Assembly (NCBI GenBank): GCA_040218735.1
Contig: JAVJQW010000070.1
Location: 416,001-480,000, forward strand
Length of the DNA: 64,000 bases
DNA from: Deltaproteobacteria bacterium
GTDB lineage: Bacteria > Myxococcota > Kuafuiibacteriia > Kuafuiibacteriales > Kuafuiibacteriaceae
Direction: 5' to 3'
Part shown: piece after piece, positions 40,742 through 50,113 of the stretch
Layout of the letters: each line of letters starts with the position of its first letter
Numbering within the stretch: position 1 is the stretch's first letter
Made by a program: the position numbers and the translations under genes
Notes under the pieces: generated by a model
Told to the model about the DNA's origin: nothing
What the model saw: the letters and a program-made list of their open reading frames with translations, nothing else
Database searches by the model: none

Positions 40742-42172
40742 TCACTGCGGTGCAGGGTCGCTCGTCTCGTCCGTCGGCACGTCGCCGATGGCACCGGGCG
40801 CGCTCGCCGAAGACTTCGGCGGCGACGAAGGCGGCGTGGACTGGGATGATTCGGGCGGCGCATCGGCGTTTTCGACCTCGGAGGTCCCCAGTCGACTCAC
40901 CTCGCGCCGGATGTTGTCCAGCTCCGCGAAGGGCGGCATCGCCGCGGCTTCGCTTCGGGCGTCGGAGAGGGCCTCGTTCGTCGCACGCAACCGGTGAGAC
41001 AAGACCTGCACGAAGCTCCACAGGAGCTTCGAAGACAGGACCGGCTCCGTGCGCACCAGCCCGTAGAACGCTTTTCGAGAAAGCGACATCAGTCGAGTGT
41101 CGTTCCGCGCTCGGACGGTGGCCGATCGCGGCGAACGGTCCACCAGCGCCATCTCTCCGAAGTGCACCCCGGGTCCCAACACGGTGAGCGGACGCCCACC
41201 CTTGGTCACCTCCACCTCCCCGGAAAGGATGATGTAGAACTCGTCGCCGTCCGACTGCTCCTCGATGACGATCTGTCCGTCCTCGTAGGCGCGCTGCTGG
41301 GTCTGGTTCAGGACCTTCACCAGCTCCTTGTAGTTGAGGTGCCGAAACAGCGGGATGCGGCGGAGGATGTCGAGCTTCTCGATGACATCGACCGCCGACG
41401 GGTCGCCCGCGTCCCCCGGGACGCGCAGCACCACGACCGTGATGTTGTCCTTACCGCCGCGCGCGTTCGCCAGGCCGACGAGCCGCCGCGGGATCTCTTC
41501 GCCGTCCTCCTGGAAGAGGATCTGGGCGAGCTCGGCCTCGCTCTCGACGTAGCCGTGCATCCCGTCCGAGCACGCGAGGTACGTGTCGCCGGGGAGGATG
41601 TCGAAGACGAGGGTGTCGACCTGCACCGTCTCGGTGATGCCGACGGCGCGGGTGATGACGTTCGAAAACGGCGACCGCTTCGCCTCCTCGACGGTGATCG
41701 CGCCCTTCTTGATCTGCTCCCACAGGTACGAGTGGTCCTCGGAGAGCTGGTGAATCTGGTTCGCCCGCGCCAGGTACACACGCGAGTCGCCGACGTGCGC
41801 CATGAAGGCCTTGTTCCCCACGAGGAGGATCATGGAGAGCGTCGTCCCCATGCCGTGGCGCTTCTTGTCGCGCTGGGCCATGTGGTAGATGGCGCTCGAC
41901 GCGACGTTGATCGCGAGCTCCACCTCCCGAAGGATCTTGGCGCGTTTCTCCGGCGTCGGGTTCTGCGCGAAGTCGTCGAGCAGGGCCTTCTTCTTGACCA
42001 GCTGCTCCTGGACGCACCGCAGCCCGTAGGCCGAAGCGACCTCACCGGCCGCGTGACCGCCCATGCCGTCCGCGACGGCGTACAGCCCCAGCTGGTCGTC
42101 GATCAGCCAGCCGTCTTCGTTGTGTTTTCGGGCTCGGCCGACATCGGTGAGGGCCCAGGAATCAACACGCAT
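40742..42172 (-). CDS. PP2C-family Ser/Thr phosphatase with a C-terminal cyclic-nucleotide-binding domain
   Basis: TDVGR.R.HNED, VADGMGGH, GMGTT, HVGDSR, CSDG, GGKDNIT, then FGEMAL...PRSATV. Confidence 0.92.
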   Translation of the reverse strand: MRVDSWALTDVGRARKHNEDGWLIDDQLGLYAVADGMGGHAAGEVASAYGLRCVQEQLVKKKALLDDFAQNPTPEKRAKILREVELAINVASSAIYHMAQRDKKRHGMGTTLSMILLVGNKAFMAHVGDSRVYLARANQIHQLSEDHSYLWEQIKKGAITVEEAKRSPFSNVITRAVGITETVQVDTLVFDILPGDTYLACSDGMHGYVESEAELAQILFQEDGEEIPRRLVGLANARGGKDNITVVVLRVPGDAGDPSAVDVIEKLDILRRIPLFRHLNYKELVKVLNQTQQRAYEDGQIVIEEQSDGDEFYIILSGEVEVTKGGRPLTVLGPGVHFGEMALVDRSPRSATVRARNDTRLMSLSRKAFYGLVRTEPVLSSKLLWSFVQVLSHRLRATNEALSDARSEAAAMPPFAELDNIRREVSRLGTSEVENADAPPESSQSTPPSSPPKSSASAPGAIGDVPTDETSDPAPQ

Positions 42173-42226
42173 CGGTTAGGGACGGCCTTTCAGTCCCCGG
42201 CACGCTAGCAACACCCGATCATGGGG

Positions 42227-43198
42227 TCAAATTAGCGAGGCGAGCGCCGTCTCGGGCCGCGCACCGTAGTGCTGGATGACCTCGGCGGCCGCGATCGAGG
42301 CGATGCGACCGGCCTCCGCGAGCCCCTTGCCGTGTGTGTAGCCGTACAAAAAGCCCGCCGCGTACAGGTCCCCCGCGCCGGTGGTGTCGATCAGCTGGTC
42401 GATCGGCGCCGCCGGCACCTCGACGATCTCGCTGCCGGACACGATGACGCTGCCCTTCTCGCTGCGCGTCAGCGCGGCGATCTCGCAGTGACCCTTCACG
42501 TGTTTCACGGCCTCGTCGAACGACTCGACCTCGTACAGCGACGTGATCTCCGACTCGTTCGCGAAGAGCAGATCGATGTGCCCCTCGACCAGATCGAGGA
42601 ACGCCGCACGGTGGCGCCCCACGCAGAAGCCGTCCGACAGCGTGAGCGCGACCTTCTGCCCTGCCTCGTGCGCGACCTTCGCGGCCTTGTAGAACGCCTC
42701 CTTCGCCTGCGGCGGGTCGAAGAGGTACCCCTCGAGGTACGTCACCTTGCTCGCCGCGACGAGCGCCTCGTCGATGTCGTCCGGCCCCAGCTCCACACAC
42801 GCCCCGAGGAACGTGTTCATCGTGCGCTGCGCGTCGGGCGTCACGAGGATCAGGCAGCGCGCGGTGGGCGCCCCGCCGTCGAGCGGCTTCGTCGTGAACG
42901 CGAGCCCGCCCGCGCGGATGTCGTGGGAGAACACGGCGCCGAGCTGGTCGTTCGCGACCTTCCCGATGTACGCGCCCGTCCCGCCCAGCGAGGCGACGCC
43001 GGCCATCGTGTTCGCCGCCGACCCGCCCGAGACCTCGACCCCCGCCGCCATCTTCGCGTACAGCGCGTCGGCTTGGGCGGCGTCGATGAGCGTCATCGCG
43101 CCCTTCTCGATGCTGTTCGTGGTGAGGAAGTCGTCGTCCGCCTTGGCGAGGACGTCGACGATGGCGTTTCCGATTCCGAGTACGTCGTATTGGGTCAT
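42227..43198 (-). CDS. Adenosine kinase (PfkB family)
   Basis: GIGNAIVD, SGGSAANT, RTMNTFLG, FANESE, DTTGAGDLYAAGF. Confidence 0.88.
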   Translation of the reverse strand: MTQYDVLGIGNAIVDVLAKADDDFLTTNSIEKGAMTLIDAAQADALYAKMAAGVEVSGGSAANTMAGVASLGGTGAYIGKVANDQLGAVFSHDIRAGGLAFTTKPLDGGAPTARCLILVTPDAQRTMNTFLGACVELGPDDIDEALVAASKVTYLEGYLFDPPQAKEAFYKAAKVAHEAGQKVALTLSDGFCVGRHRAAFLDLVEGHIDLLFANESEITSLYEVESFDEAVKHVKGHCEIAALTRSEKGSVIVSGSEIVEVPAAPIDQLIDTTGAGDLYAAGFLYGYTHGKGLAEAGRIASIAAAEVIQHYGARPETALASLI

Positions 43199-44085
43199 GC
43201 GTTGGGCTTTCCGTCGAAGTGACGAAGGATGGGTTCGAGGTCTGCCTTGCGCGACGCCGAGATGGCGTCGAGGGGCGTCATGATGCTGGTCCGTGCGGCG
43301 GTGCCGCACAGCGCGCAGGTGGAGCGCTCCGCCGCGTCCGCGACGGTGGCGCGGATGAGCGTCTTTGCGTTGTTCACGTTCTTGCGGAGCGTCTCGAGGA
43401 CCGCCTCCACGGTGACCGACTCCTCCTCCTCGTGCCAGCAGTCGTAGTCGGTCGCGAGCGCGATCGTCGCGTAACAAATCTCCGCCTCGCGGGCGAGCTT
43501 GGCCTCCGGCATGTTGGTCATGCCGATGACGCTCACCCCCCACGAGCGGTAGAGGAACGACTCCGCACGCGTGGAGAACTGCGGGCCCTCCATGCAGATG
43601 TACGTGCCGCGGTGGTGCACGTCGACCGGCACGGCGCTCGCGTGGTCGTTCAGCGACTCGCGCAGCGCCGGACAGATCGGATCCGCGAGCGGCACGTGCG
43701 CGACGACGCCGTCCCCGTAGAACGTGGCGGCGCGCTGACGGGTGCGGTCGATGAACTGGTCGACGAGGACCAGGTGCCCCGGGACGATCGCCTCCTTCAT
43801 CGACCCCACCGCGGACACGGAGAGGAGCCGGTCGACGCCGAGCTTCTTCATGCCCCAGATGTTCGCGCGGAAGTTGATCTCGTGCGGGAGGACCGAGTGG
43901 CTCGCCCCGTGGCGCGGGAGGAACACCATCCGGTGCCCGTCGAGCATGCCCGTGATGTAGGCGTCGGAGGGCGCGCCGTAGGGGGTCTCGAGGGCGACGC
44001 GCTCGATGTTCTCGAGCCCGTCCATCTCGTAGAGGCCACTGCCGCCGATCACCCCGATCGCGCCGGGCTCATGGACGTCGTTCAC
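43195..44085 (-). CDS. mtnP: S-methyl-5'-thioadenosine phosphorylase
   Basis: IGVIGGSGLY, LPRHG, EGPQFSTRAES, GMTNMPEAKLAREAE, TDYDCW. Confidence 0.92.
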   Translation of the reverse strand: MNDVHEPGAIGVIGGSGLYEMDGLENIERVALETPYGAPSDAYITGMLDGHRMVFLPRHGASHSVLPHEINFRANIWGMKKLGVDRLLSVSAVGSMKEAIVPGHLVLVDQFIDRTRQRAATFYGDGVVAHVPLADPICPALRESLNDHASAVPVDVHHRGTYICMEGPQFSTRAESFLYRSWGVSVIGMTNMPEAKLAREAEICYATIALATDYDCWHEEEESVTVEAVLETLRKNVNNAKTLIRATVADAAERSTCALCGTAARTSIMTPLDAISASRKADLEPILRHFDGKPNA

Positions 44086-44153
44086 GGCGGCGCGAGTAGC
44101 ATCCCCCCTTCGGCAGGGTCAACCGAGCCGGCGCGTTGGTGTATGTTGGCGAG

Positions 44154-44504
44154 GTGCGACGAGCGTTGTGGTTCCTCGTTCTTCTGGGCGCGTCCTGCGC
44201 GGGCGACGACGTCGACCCGTGCCTGGACACGCCGACCTACGAACGCGGGGTTCGGGACGTCCTCGACGAAAAGTGCACGGACTGCCACCACACCTCGAAG
44301 ATGGGGCTGGACCGAAACGGCGCGCCCGACGCGCTGAACTTCGACGACTACGCCACGCTCGCGAACGACGTGCAGGCGATCGCCGAGGCGATCACCTCGG
44401 GGCGCATGCCCCCGCGCGGGGATCCCGAGGCCCCGCCCGGCACCTCCGACGTCGAGCGCGACCTCGTGCAGGACTGGCGACGCTGCGGTTTCCCAGAAGA
44501 CTGA
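44154..44504 (+). CDS. Small lipoprotein with CxxCH (putative cytochrome c-like)
   Basis: LGASC lipobox, KCTDCH, RNGAP, distal MPP, W..CG.P. Confidence 0.65.
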   Translation: MRRALWFLVLLGASCAGDDVDPCLDTPTYERGVRDVLDEKCTDCHHTSKMGLDRNGAPDALNFDDYATLANDVQAIAEAITSGRMPPRGDPEAPPGTSDVERDLVQDWRRCGFPED

Positions 44505-44584
44505 GCCGCGCGTCCCACCTCGAACGCACACGAACCATCGTTACGTTCGTCACATCCGCTTACTGTAGGGCACCAGGAGTCTAG

Positions 44585-47500
44585 GTGCGCGTCGGATCCA
44601 GACCACTCGAGACGCTCCGTACGGGCGACGACGATCCCGCGACACCGCGCGCCGCGGAACCGCTGCGTCTCCCCGACGCGCCCCGCACGACCGGCGCGGC
44701 GAAGTCGAACACGAAGCCGCGCTCCACGAGCGGGGTCGCCGCGTTCATGACGAATGCGCTGCGGCGCTTCGACAAGGCGGCCGCCGCGGTGATGATCGGC
44801 GCCCTGCCGCTCCCCGCGCTCGCGGGCGGACCGCTCCTCGCGGAGGACCACGCCCGGTTCGATCCCGAGGTCCGCATCGAGGCCCACGTCCTGCCGTGGC
44901 GCGCCGCGGGGGGCCTTGCCGGATCGGTCGACGCGCGCGACGTGTTCCAGGCGCACCTCACGGATCGCCTGCGCGACATCGAGGCCCAGCGCGCGCAGTT
45001 CCTCGCGACCGCGCCGCCCGACCCGGTGGTGCGGACGGATCTGCTGCGCCTGTCGGAGGTCGTGCGGCGCTTCGATCGAATGGTCGACGGCGCCCGGCTC
45101 CCCCCGAACCTCCTCGCCGACATGGACCGTGTCCTCGACGCGATCGAGGCGGCCCGGCCGGGGGTCTACACGCCGGCGATCGATCTCGCGTTGCTCGACC
45201 TTCCCTCGGTGTCGCGCGTCGAGGTCGGTGCACCGACGATCCCCGCGGCCGACCTGACCGCGATCCTCGACGCCTCGCCGACCGACCTCCCCGACCAGAT
45301 GGCGGCGGTCCTCGCCAGTTACTCGGCGATCATGTCGAACGCCGACGCTGCGCTGAACGTGCTGCCGGGCTTCACGTACGTCAGCCCCGTCCCGCTGTTC
45401 TACGACTCGGGCGATGGTGTGCTGCTCGTCCCGCCCGGCGCGACGGTCGAGAGCCAAAACGGTCAGTTCTCGATCCACGCGCCGCAGATGTTCTGGCGGC
45501 AGGACGGTCTGCTCGTCGCCGCCGAAGAAGGCACCGTCCACCTCGGTTCCGAGCTCGACGGCCTCACCGCGAGCACCGCCTCCGCGCAGGGGGACGACTG
45601 GTCCGCGGTCACCGAGGACTTCGTCGCCGGCGTGCGACGCGACGACGGCTACGGCGTGATCGCCGCGCGGCGCATGGACCTCGATTTAGCGTCCGGCTCG
45701 GCGCACCTCGAAGACGCCGAGCTCGTCGTGGCCGACACCGGCGACGCGGAGCTGTTCGCCGGGGCGCTCGACTTCTCGGCCGGCAACCGAACGCTCTCGG
45801 CCGACACCCTCACCGCGACGCAGACCCGCGACGGGACGACGGCGTCCGCGGCGCACATCGCGTTCGGCGACGGCGTCACTTCGATCTCGGGTTCCGCGGT
45901 CGACCTCCACTTCGGACCGAACGGCGCGACGCTGAGCGGCGAACGGCTCGACATCACGAACGGCACGACCCGCGGCACGCTCGAAGGCGCTCGGGCGTCG
46001 CTCCGTCCGACCGACGACGGGCACGACCTCGCGTTCGTCGCGGACCGCGCCCACTTCGAGGACGGCGTTCAGACGATCGATCTGTCGGGCGCCGACGCAA
46101 ACGCGAGCTTCGACGCCGACGGCCACCTCACCGCGCTCGATGGTCGGGCGAGCAGCACGAACGTCACCACGGGCGCCGGCGCGTTCATCGGCACCAACGG
46201 CGCGATCGCGGCGCGCTTCGACCGGGGCACCCTCACCGCGATCGACGCGAGCACCGCGACCGGTCAGTGGACCGGGACGGACGGGACCGTCGTCGCCGCG
46301 AGCGACGCGGGCCTCGCCCTCGCCTTCGATGACGGTCGCCTCCGCCAGGCGACGCTCGCGTCCGGTGCGCTCCACGTCGTGCAGGGCGACCACGACGCCG
46401 CCCTCCAGGGCCTCGACCTGAACGTCGCGTTCGACGAAGCGGGTCACCTCGACGAGGCCACCGGCCGCGCCGCGCGCCTCGACTACCGAAACACCGACGG
46501 CACCCTCGTCGGCGCGGGCGACGTTCGGTTGAACGTCGACGCGACCGGCGGCGTGCTGGATCGTGTGCAGCTCGCGGCCGGGCAGCTCGACTACCAACGC
46601 GGAGCGGAGTCCCTCGCGGTCACGAACGGCACCCTGGTCCTCGACGCGGAGGGCGGTCGTGTGACCCACGCCGTCGCGACGTTCGACGCCGCGACCTACG
46701 AGGCCGGCTTCGGGCGCCTCGCACTCGCGGGGACGTCGCTGTCGATCGACTACACCGACGACGGCACGACCTTCCACGGCTTCGCCGAGCACCTCGACCT
46801 CGCGAACGACGGCGGGCGCCTCCTCGTCGACGGCGGCGCGGTGAACGGCTCGCTCCGCCCGGACGGTACGCTGGAGGCGTTGGGTCTGTCCGGCGACCAC
46901 CTCGCGTACACGGGCACGACCGAGGGCGACCACCCGCTCGTCGTCGACCTCGCGAGCCCGTCCGCCGTGCTCACCGCGCTCGACGGCGGCGGGCAGCGGC
47001 TCGACTTCACGACCGGCGCCGGTCACTTCGAGGTCGACGGTCACCGGGTCGCGCTCGAAGGCCTCGAACTGCTCACGCTCACCACCACCCCCGACGGCGA
47101 GGTCGACACCTTCGCGGCGGACTTCGACGGGCAGCTCGACTTCGTCCAGCGCGGCGGCGACCTCACCGTCCTCACACGTGACGTCGAGACGACCTACGAC
47201 CGTGCGACCTCCACGCTCACGCTGGACTTCGCGGAGGCCGACGTCGCCCTCCGCAGCGCGGGGCTGCAGGCCCGCATCGAGGGGGCGCACGGCGAGCTCG
47301 ACGATTCGCGCGTCTTCATCTCCGTCGACCGCGCCGAGGTGCTCCGCGATCTCGGCGAGCAGCTGAACGTCGAGGTCGAGTCCCTCACCGTCGAAGCCAC
47401 GCGCACCGCGACGGGCGCGCTGCAGACGCTCGACCTGTCGCTCGCGAGCCTCGACGCCGACATCGCCGGCATCCACGCGATCGTCCGGACGCCGGACGGG

Positions 47501-48775
47501 GAGCGCCTGCGGCTGCACATCGGCACCGACGAGAGCGGCCAGACGGTGCAGCACGCCTACCTCCTCATCCCGGAGGGCGGCGAGGTGCGGCTCACGCAGG
47601 ACGACGACAGCGTTCGGCTCGGCGGCCAGCTCATCAGCTACACCCTCGGCGACGATGGCATCTACCGCCTCCGCGGCGAGAGCCTCGACCTCGAAGCGAG
47701 GACGAAGGACTTCGGCGTGCGGGTCGAGGGCGGCGACGCGCAGGTCTCGCTCGACCCCGCGACGGGGCGGCTCACGATCGACGAGATCACCGGCACCCGC
47801 ATCGACGTGAATCACGACGATCTCGCGTTCACGATCGACGTCGAAGCGATGAACGACTTCATGGTCCGCGCGACGCGCCTGAGCGGCGGCGCCACGGGCC
47901 TCGCCTTCCACCTCGAGCCCACCCGCGACGGCTCGAGCCTGACCGCGTTCACCACGGGCGAGGTCGGCGGGCTCCCGTTCACGCTGGGCTTCTCGAACGT
48001 GCACGAGCTGGAGGGGCTCGGCGCCATCTCCGAGAACCAAGTGCATGCCTACTTGCGCGACCCGAGCGGGCGCGGCCACATCGAGCTCGGCTTCGGGCCG
48101 CTCGAGATGTCGGGGTCCGCGCTGGAGTTCGTGGGGCGTTACCACCCCTACGACGCCGGGCGAATGCTCGAGACGGTGCAGCGCTACACGACGCTCGCCG
48201 GCACCGAGGTGTTCAGCGGCCTCTCCTTCGACCACGACGGCGTGGTCCGCCTCGGCACCGACCGCGAGGGCCTCAACGCCGAGCTCGCCGTGGTCCTCCC
48301 GCGCCAGTACGCCCTCCCCGGCTACCGCTTCGCGGTCACGGACCAACCGGCCGCGGCGCCGGGCGTGATCGGCAGCGTCGGCTGGCGCCACGAGGACTTC
48401 ACGTTCAGCGTCTTCGGCGGCCTCGTCCCCGGCGCACACGCGACCGGCTACGTGAAGGAAGGCGACGCGTCGTTGTTCGGCGTCGGCGTCCCGGACCGCT
48501 TCGACCTCCCCGCCACCGTCATCGGCGGCGGCCGCGTCGACCTGGGCAACTTCGCGAACGGCGACCTGTCCGTCGTCGCCGGCGGCTACTACAACCCTGC
48601 GAGCGCCGTCGACAGCCCGTTCCTCAACGAGCCCACGGCCTTCGGCGCCTTCGGCGGCCTCGAGTACCGCGACGACGACGGCTGGTTCGTCAACGGCAGC
48701 GCCGTCGCGGACTTCGACCGAGGCGGCACGGTCCAGGGCGGCGCCGTGATGCTGATGCTCGGCGCGAAGTTCTGA
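44585..48775 (+). CDS. Large hypothetical beta-strand-repeat protein (1396 aa)
   Basis: Open frame with host-like codon usage, quasi-repeats 'FD..G.L......G.L.Y', C-terminal aromatic ending LGAKF. Start uncertain. Confidence 0.72.
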   Translation: MRVGSRPLETLRTGDDDPATPRAAEPLRLPDAPRTTGAAKSNTKPRSTSGVAAFMTNALRRFDKAAAAVMIGALPLPALAGGPLLAEDHARFDPEVRIEAHVLPWRAAGGLAGSVDARDVFQAHLTDRLRDIEAQRAQFLATAPPDPVVRTDLLRLSEVVRRFDRMVDGARLPPNLLADMDRVLDAIEAARPGVYTPAIDLALLDLPSVSRVEVGAPTIPAADLTAILDASPTDLPDQMAAVLASYSAIMSNADAALNVLPGFTYVSPVPLFYDSGDGVLLVPPGATVESQNGQFSIHAPQMFWRQDGLLVAAEEGTVHLGSELDGLTASTASAQGDDWSAVTEDFVAGVRRDDGYGVIAARRMDLDLASGSAHLEDAELVVADTGDAELFAGALDFSAGNRTLSADTLTATQTRDGTTASAAHIAFGDGVTSISGSAVDLHFGPNGATLSGERLDITNGTTRGTLEGARASLRPTDDGHDLAFVADRAHFEDGVQTIDLSGADANASFDADGHLTALDGRASSTNVTTGAGAFIGTNGAIAARFDRGTLTAIDASTATGQWTGTDGTVVAASDAGLALAFDDGRLRQATLASGALHVVQGDHDAALQGLDLNVAFDEAGHLDEATGRAARLDYRNTDGTLVGAGDVRLNVDATGGVLDRVQLAAGQLDYQRGAESLAVTNGTLVLDAEGGRVTHAVATFDAATYEAGFGRLALAGTSLSIDYTDDGTTFHGFAEHLDLANDGGRLLVDGGAVNGSLRPDGTLEALGLSGDHLAYTGTTEGDHPLVVDLASPSAVLTALDGGGQRLDFTTGAGHFEVDGHRVALEGLELLTLTTTPDGEVDTFAADFDGQLDFVQRGGDLTVLTRDVETTYDRATSTLTLDFAEADVALRSAGLQARIEGAHGELDDSRVFISVDRAEVLRDLGEQLNVEVESLTVEATRTATGALQTLDLSLASLDADIAGIHAIVRTPDGERLRLHIGTDESGQTVQHAYLLIPEGGEVRLTQDDDSVRLGGQLISYTLGDDGIYRLRGESLDLEARTKDFGVRVEGGDAQVSLDPATGRLTIDEITGTRIDVNHDDLAFTIDVEAMNDFMVRATRLSGGATGLAFHLEPTRDGSSLTAFTTGEVGGLPFTLGFSNVHELEGLGAISENQVHAYLRDPSGRGHIELGFGPLEMSGSALEFVGRYHPYDAGRMLETVQRYTTLAGTEVFSGLSFDHDGVVRLGTDREGLNAELAVVLPRQYALPGYRFAVTDQPAAAPGVIGSVGWRHEDFTFSVFGGLVPGAHATGYVKEGDASLFGVGVPDRFDLPATVIGGGRVDLGNFANGDLSVVAGGYYNPASAVDSPFLNEPTAFGAFGGLEYRDDDGWFVNGSAVADFDRGGTVQGGAVMLMLGAKF

Positions 48776-48799
48776 ACGGCTCGGGACGCCGCGTGAGGT

Positions 48800-50113
48800 C
48801 TACGCCGCTCCCTCCAACGCGCTGATGATCTCGGCGGTCCACGAAATTGCTTCGCCCCGACTGCGACGGGACTCCTCGAGCAGTTCGAGGTTTCGCGCGG
48901 TCGACTCTGGCTCCCACGGTTCACGCACGAGGCTCAAGGCTCGCTTTAGAGCCTCGCGCGCCCCCGCCTCATCCCCGCCGATAATGGCCAGCTCGAGCAT
49001 CGTCGCAAAGTCCCAGTAGTCCTCGCGCCCCGACGCAATTCTGCGTGCTGCGGCATATCGAACGACTGGCAGGAGTCGTCCTCGGTCGGGAACCCCTGCG
49101 ATCTCCATGAGCGTGAGCGCGTTGATCCCCGGGTAGGCATCACGCCAGTCAGACTCGAATCCGAGCGTGTACGCCTCGATGGCCCGATGCAGATAAGCCG
49201 ACGACGACGGTGTCCCGCGTGCGTCGGCCCATCGGTCCTTGAGCACGCGCCCGAGCAGTCCACACGATTCGCTACTCGGACCTCGCTCCGCGATGATTGC
49301 CCGGAGGATCCTCTCGGCGTCCTCGCCGTGCCCCATTCGGTTGAGGGCAAGCGCCCGCTGCTCGCGCACTAGAGTCGTTGCTTCGAGGTGAGTGGGCATC
49401 TCATCGCAGAGCGCGACCATCTCTGACCAGCCGCGGACAGCACGAAACGACAGCAGAAGGTCCACAAGCACTGCGGTCGACACCGCAGCTACGGAGCCGT
49501 GCGTCGTGATCAGACCTGCCCGAACTGCTGCGACCGACTCGAGCTTCATCGTACGGCGCGCGTCGGCCAACTGCTCCTTGACCTCGACCGCGTACACGAC
49601 GAGATCGCGAAACGCGTCAGTCTTGAGGCGCTCGATCGGAGCAGGCGGCGGGGCGTCCAACAAGTCTACGAGGGCACGGTCTGAAGCGCCTCCGTCAGAA
49701 CGCGTCATCGCCTTGGCCAAGCTCCCCACAAGAGAGCCGTCGGACGCCGGAACACCCGATGCTCCGAGCTCATATCGAAGGACTGGCCATCCAAATCCAT
49801 CGCCTTCGACACGTGTGCCTTCCGCGGCGATGACCGTCGTTTCTCTCCAGCGGAGGGCGTGTCGGACTCCAAGCGCGTAGTACGCATCCGGCGCAGCCAA
49901 GGAGAGATCCACGATTAGGTGCCCGGCCAAGAGGACCGCCTCGAGGTCGGACCCGTGAATCGAAGTCAGGCGGTAGAGCTCGAAGCCGCCCTGCGTCGCG
50001 GCGGGTCTCAGCAGGTTCTCGTATACGCCATCCATGTCAATGTGGCGGCCTACTGCGTCTTGTCGAATCCCGGTGGGAACGAGCGCACAGCACAGACGAC
50101 GAACGTCAGTCAT
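48800..50113 (-). CDS. DUF4071 / MAP3K TRAFs-binding-domain TPR protein with an N-terminal deoxyribosyltransferase-like domain
   Basis: ID.D.VY..L.RPA, IVDLS, YYALGVRHA, then LLSFRAV..W.EMV.L, EQRALALNR, SSE.CGLLGRV.KD.W, AIEAY..GF, YPGINA.TL, DYWD.AT.LE, WE.ESTARNL. Confidence 0.85.
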   Translation of the reverse strand: MTDVRRLCCALVPTGIRQDAVGRHIDMDGVYENLLRPAATQGGFELYRLTSIHGSDLEAVLLAGHLIVDLSLAAPDAYYALGVRHALRWRETTVIAAEGTRVEGDGFGWPVLRYELGASGVPASDGSLVGSLAKAMTRSDGGASDRALVDLLDAPPPAPIERLKTDAFRDLVVYAVEVKEQLADARRTMKLESVAAVRAGLITTHGSVAAVSTAVLVDLLLSFRAVRGWSEMVALCDEMPTHLEATTLVREQRALALNRMGHGEDAERILRAIIAERGPSSESCGLLGRVLKDRWADARGTPSSSAYLHRAIEAYTLGFESDWRDAYPGINALTLMEIAGVPDRGRLLPVVRYAAARRIASGREDYWDFATMLELAIIGGDEAGAREALKRALSLVREPWEPESTARNLELLEESRRSRGEAISWTAEIISALEGAA

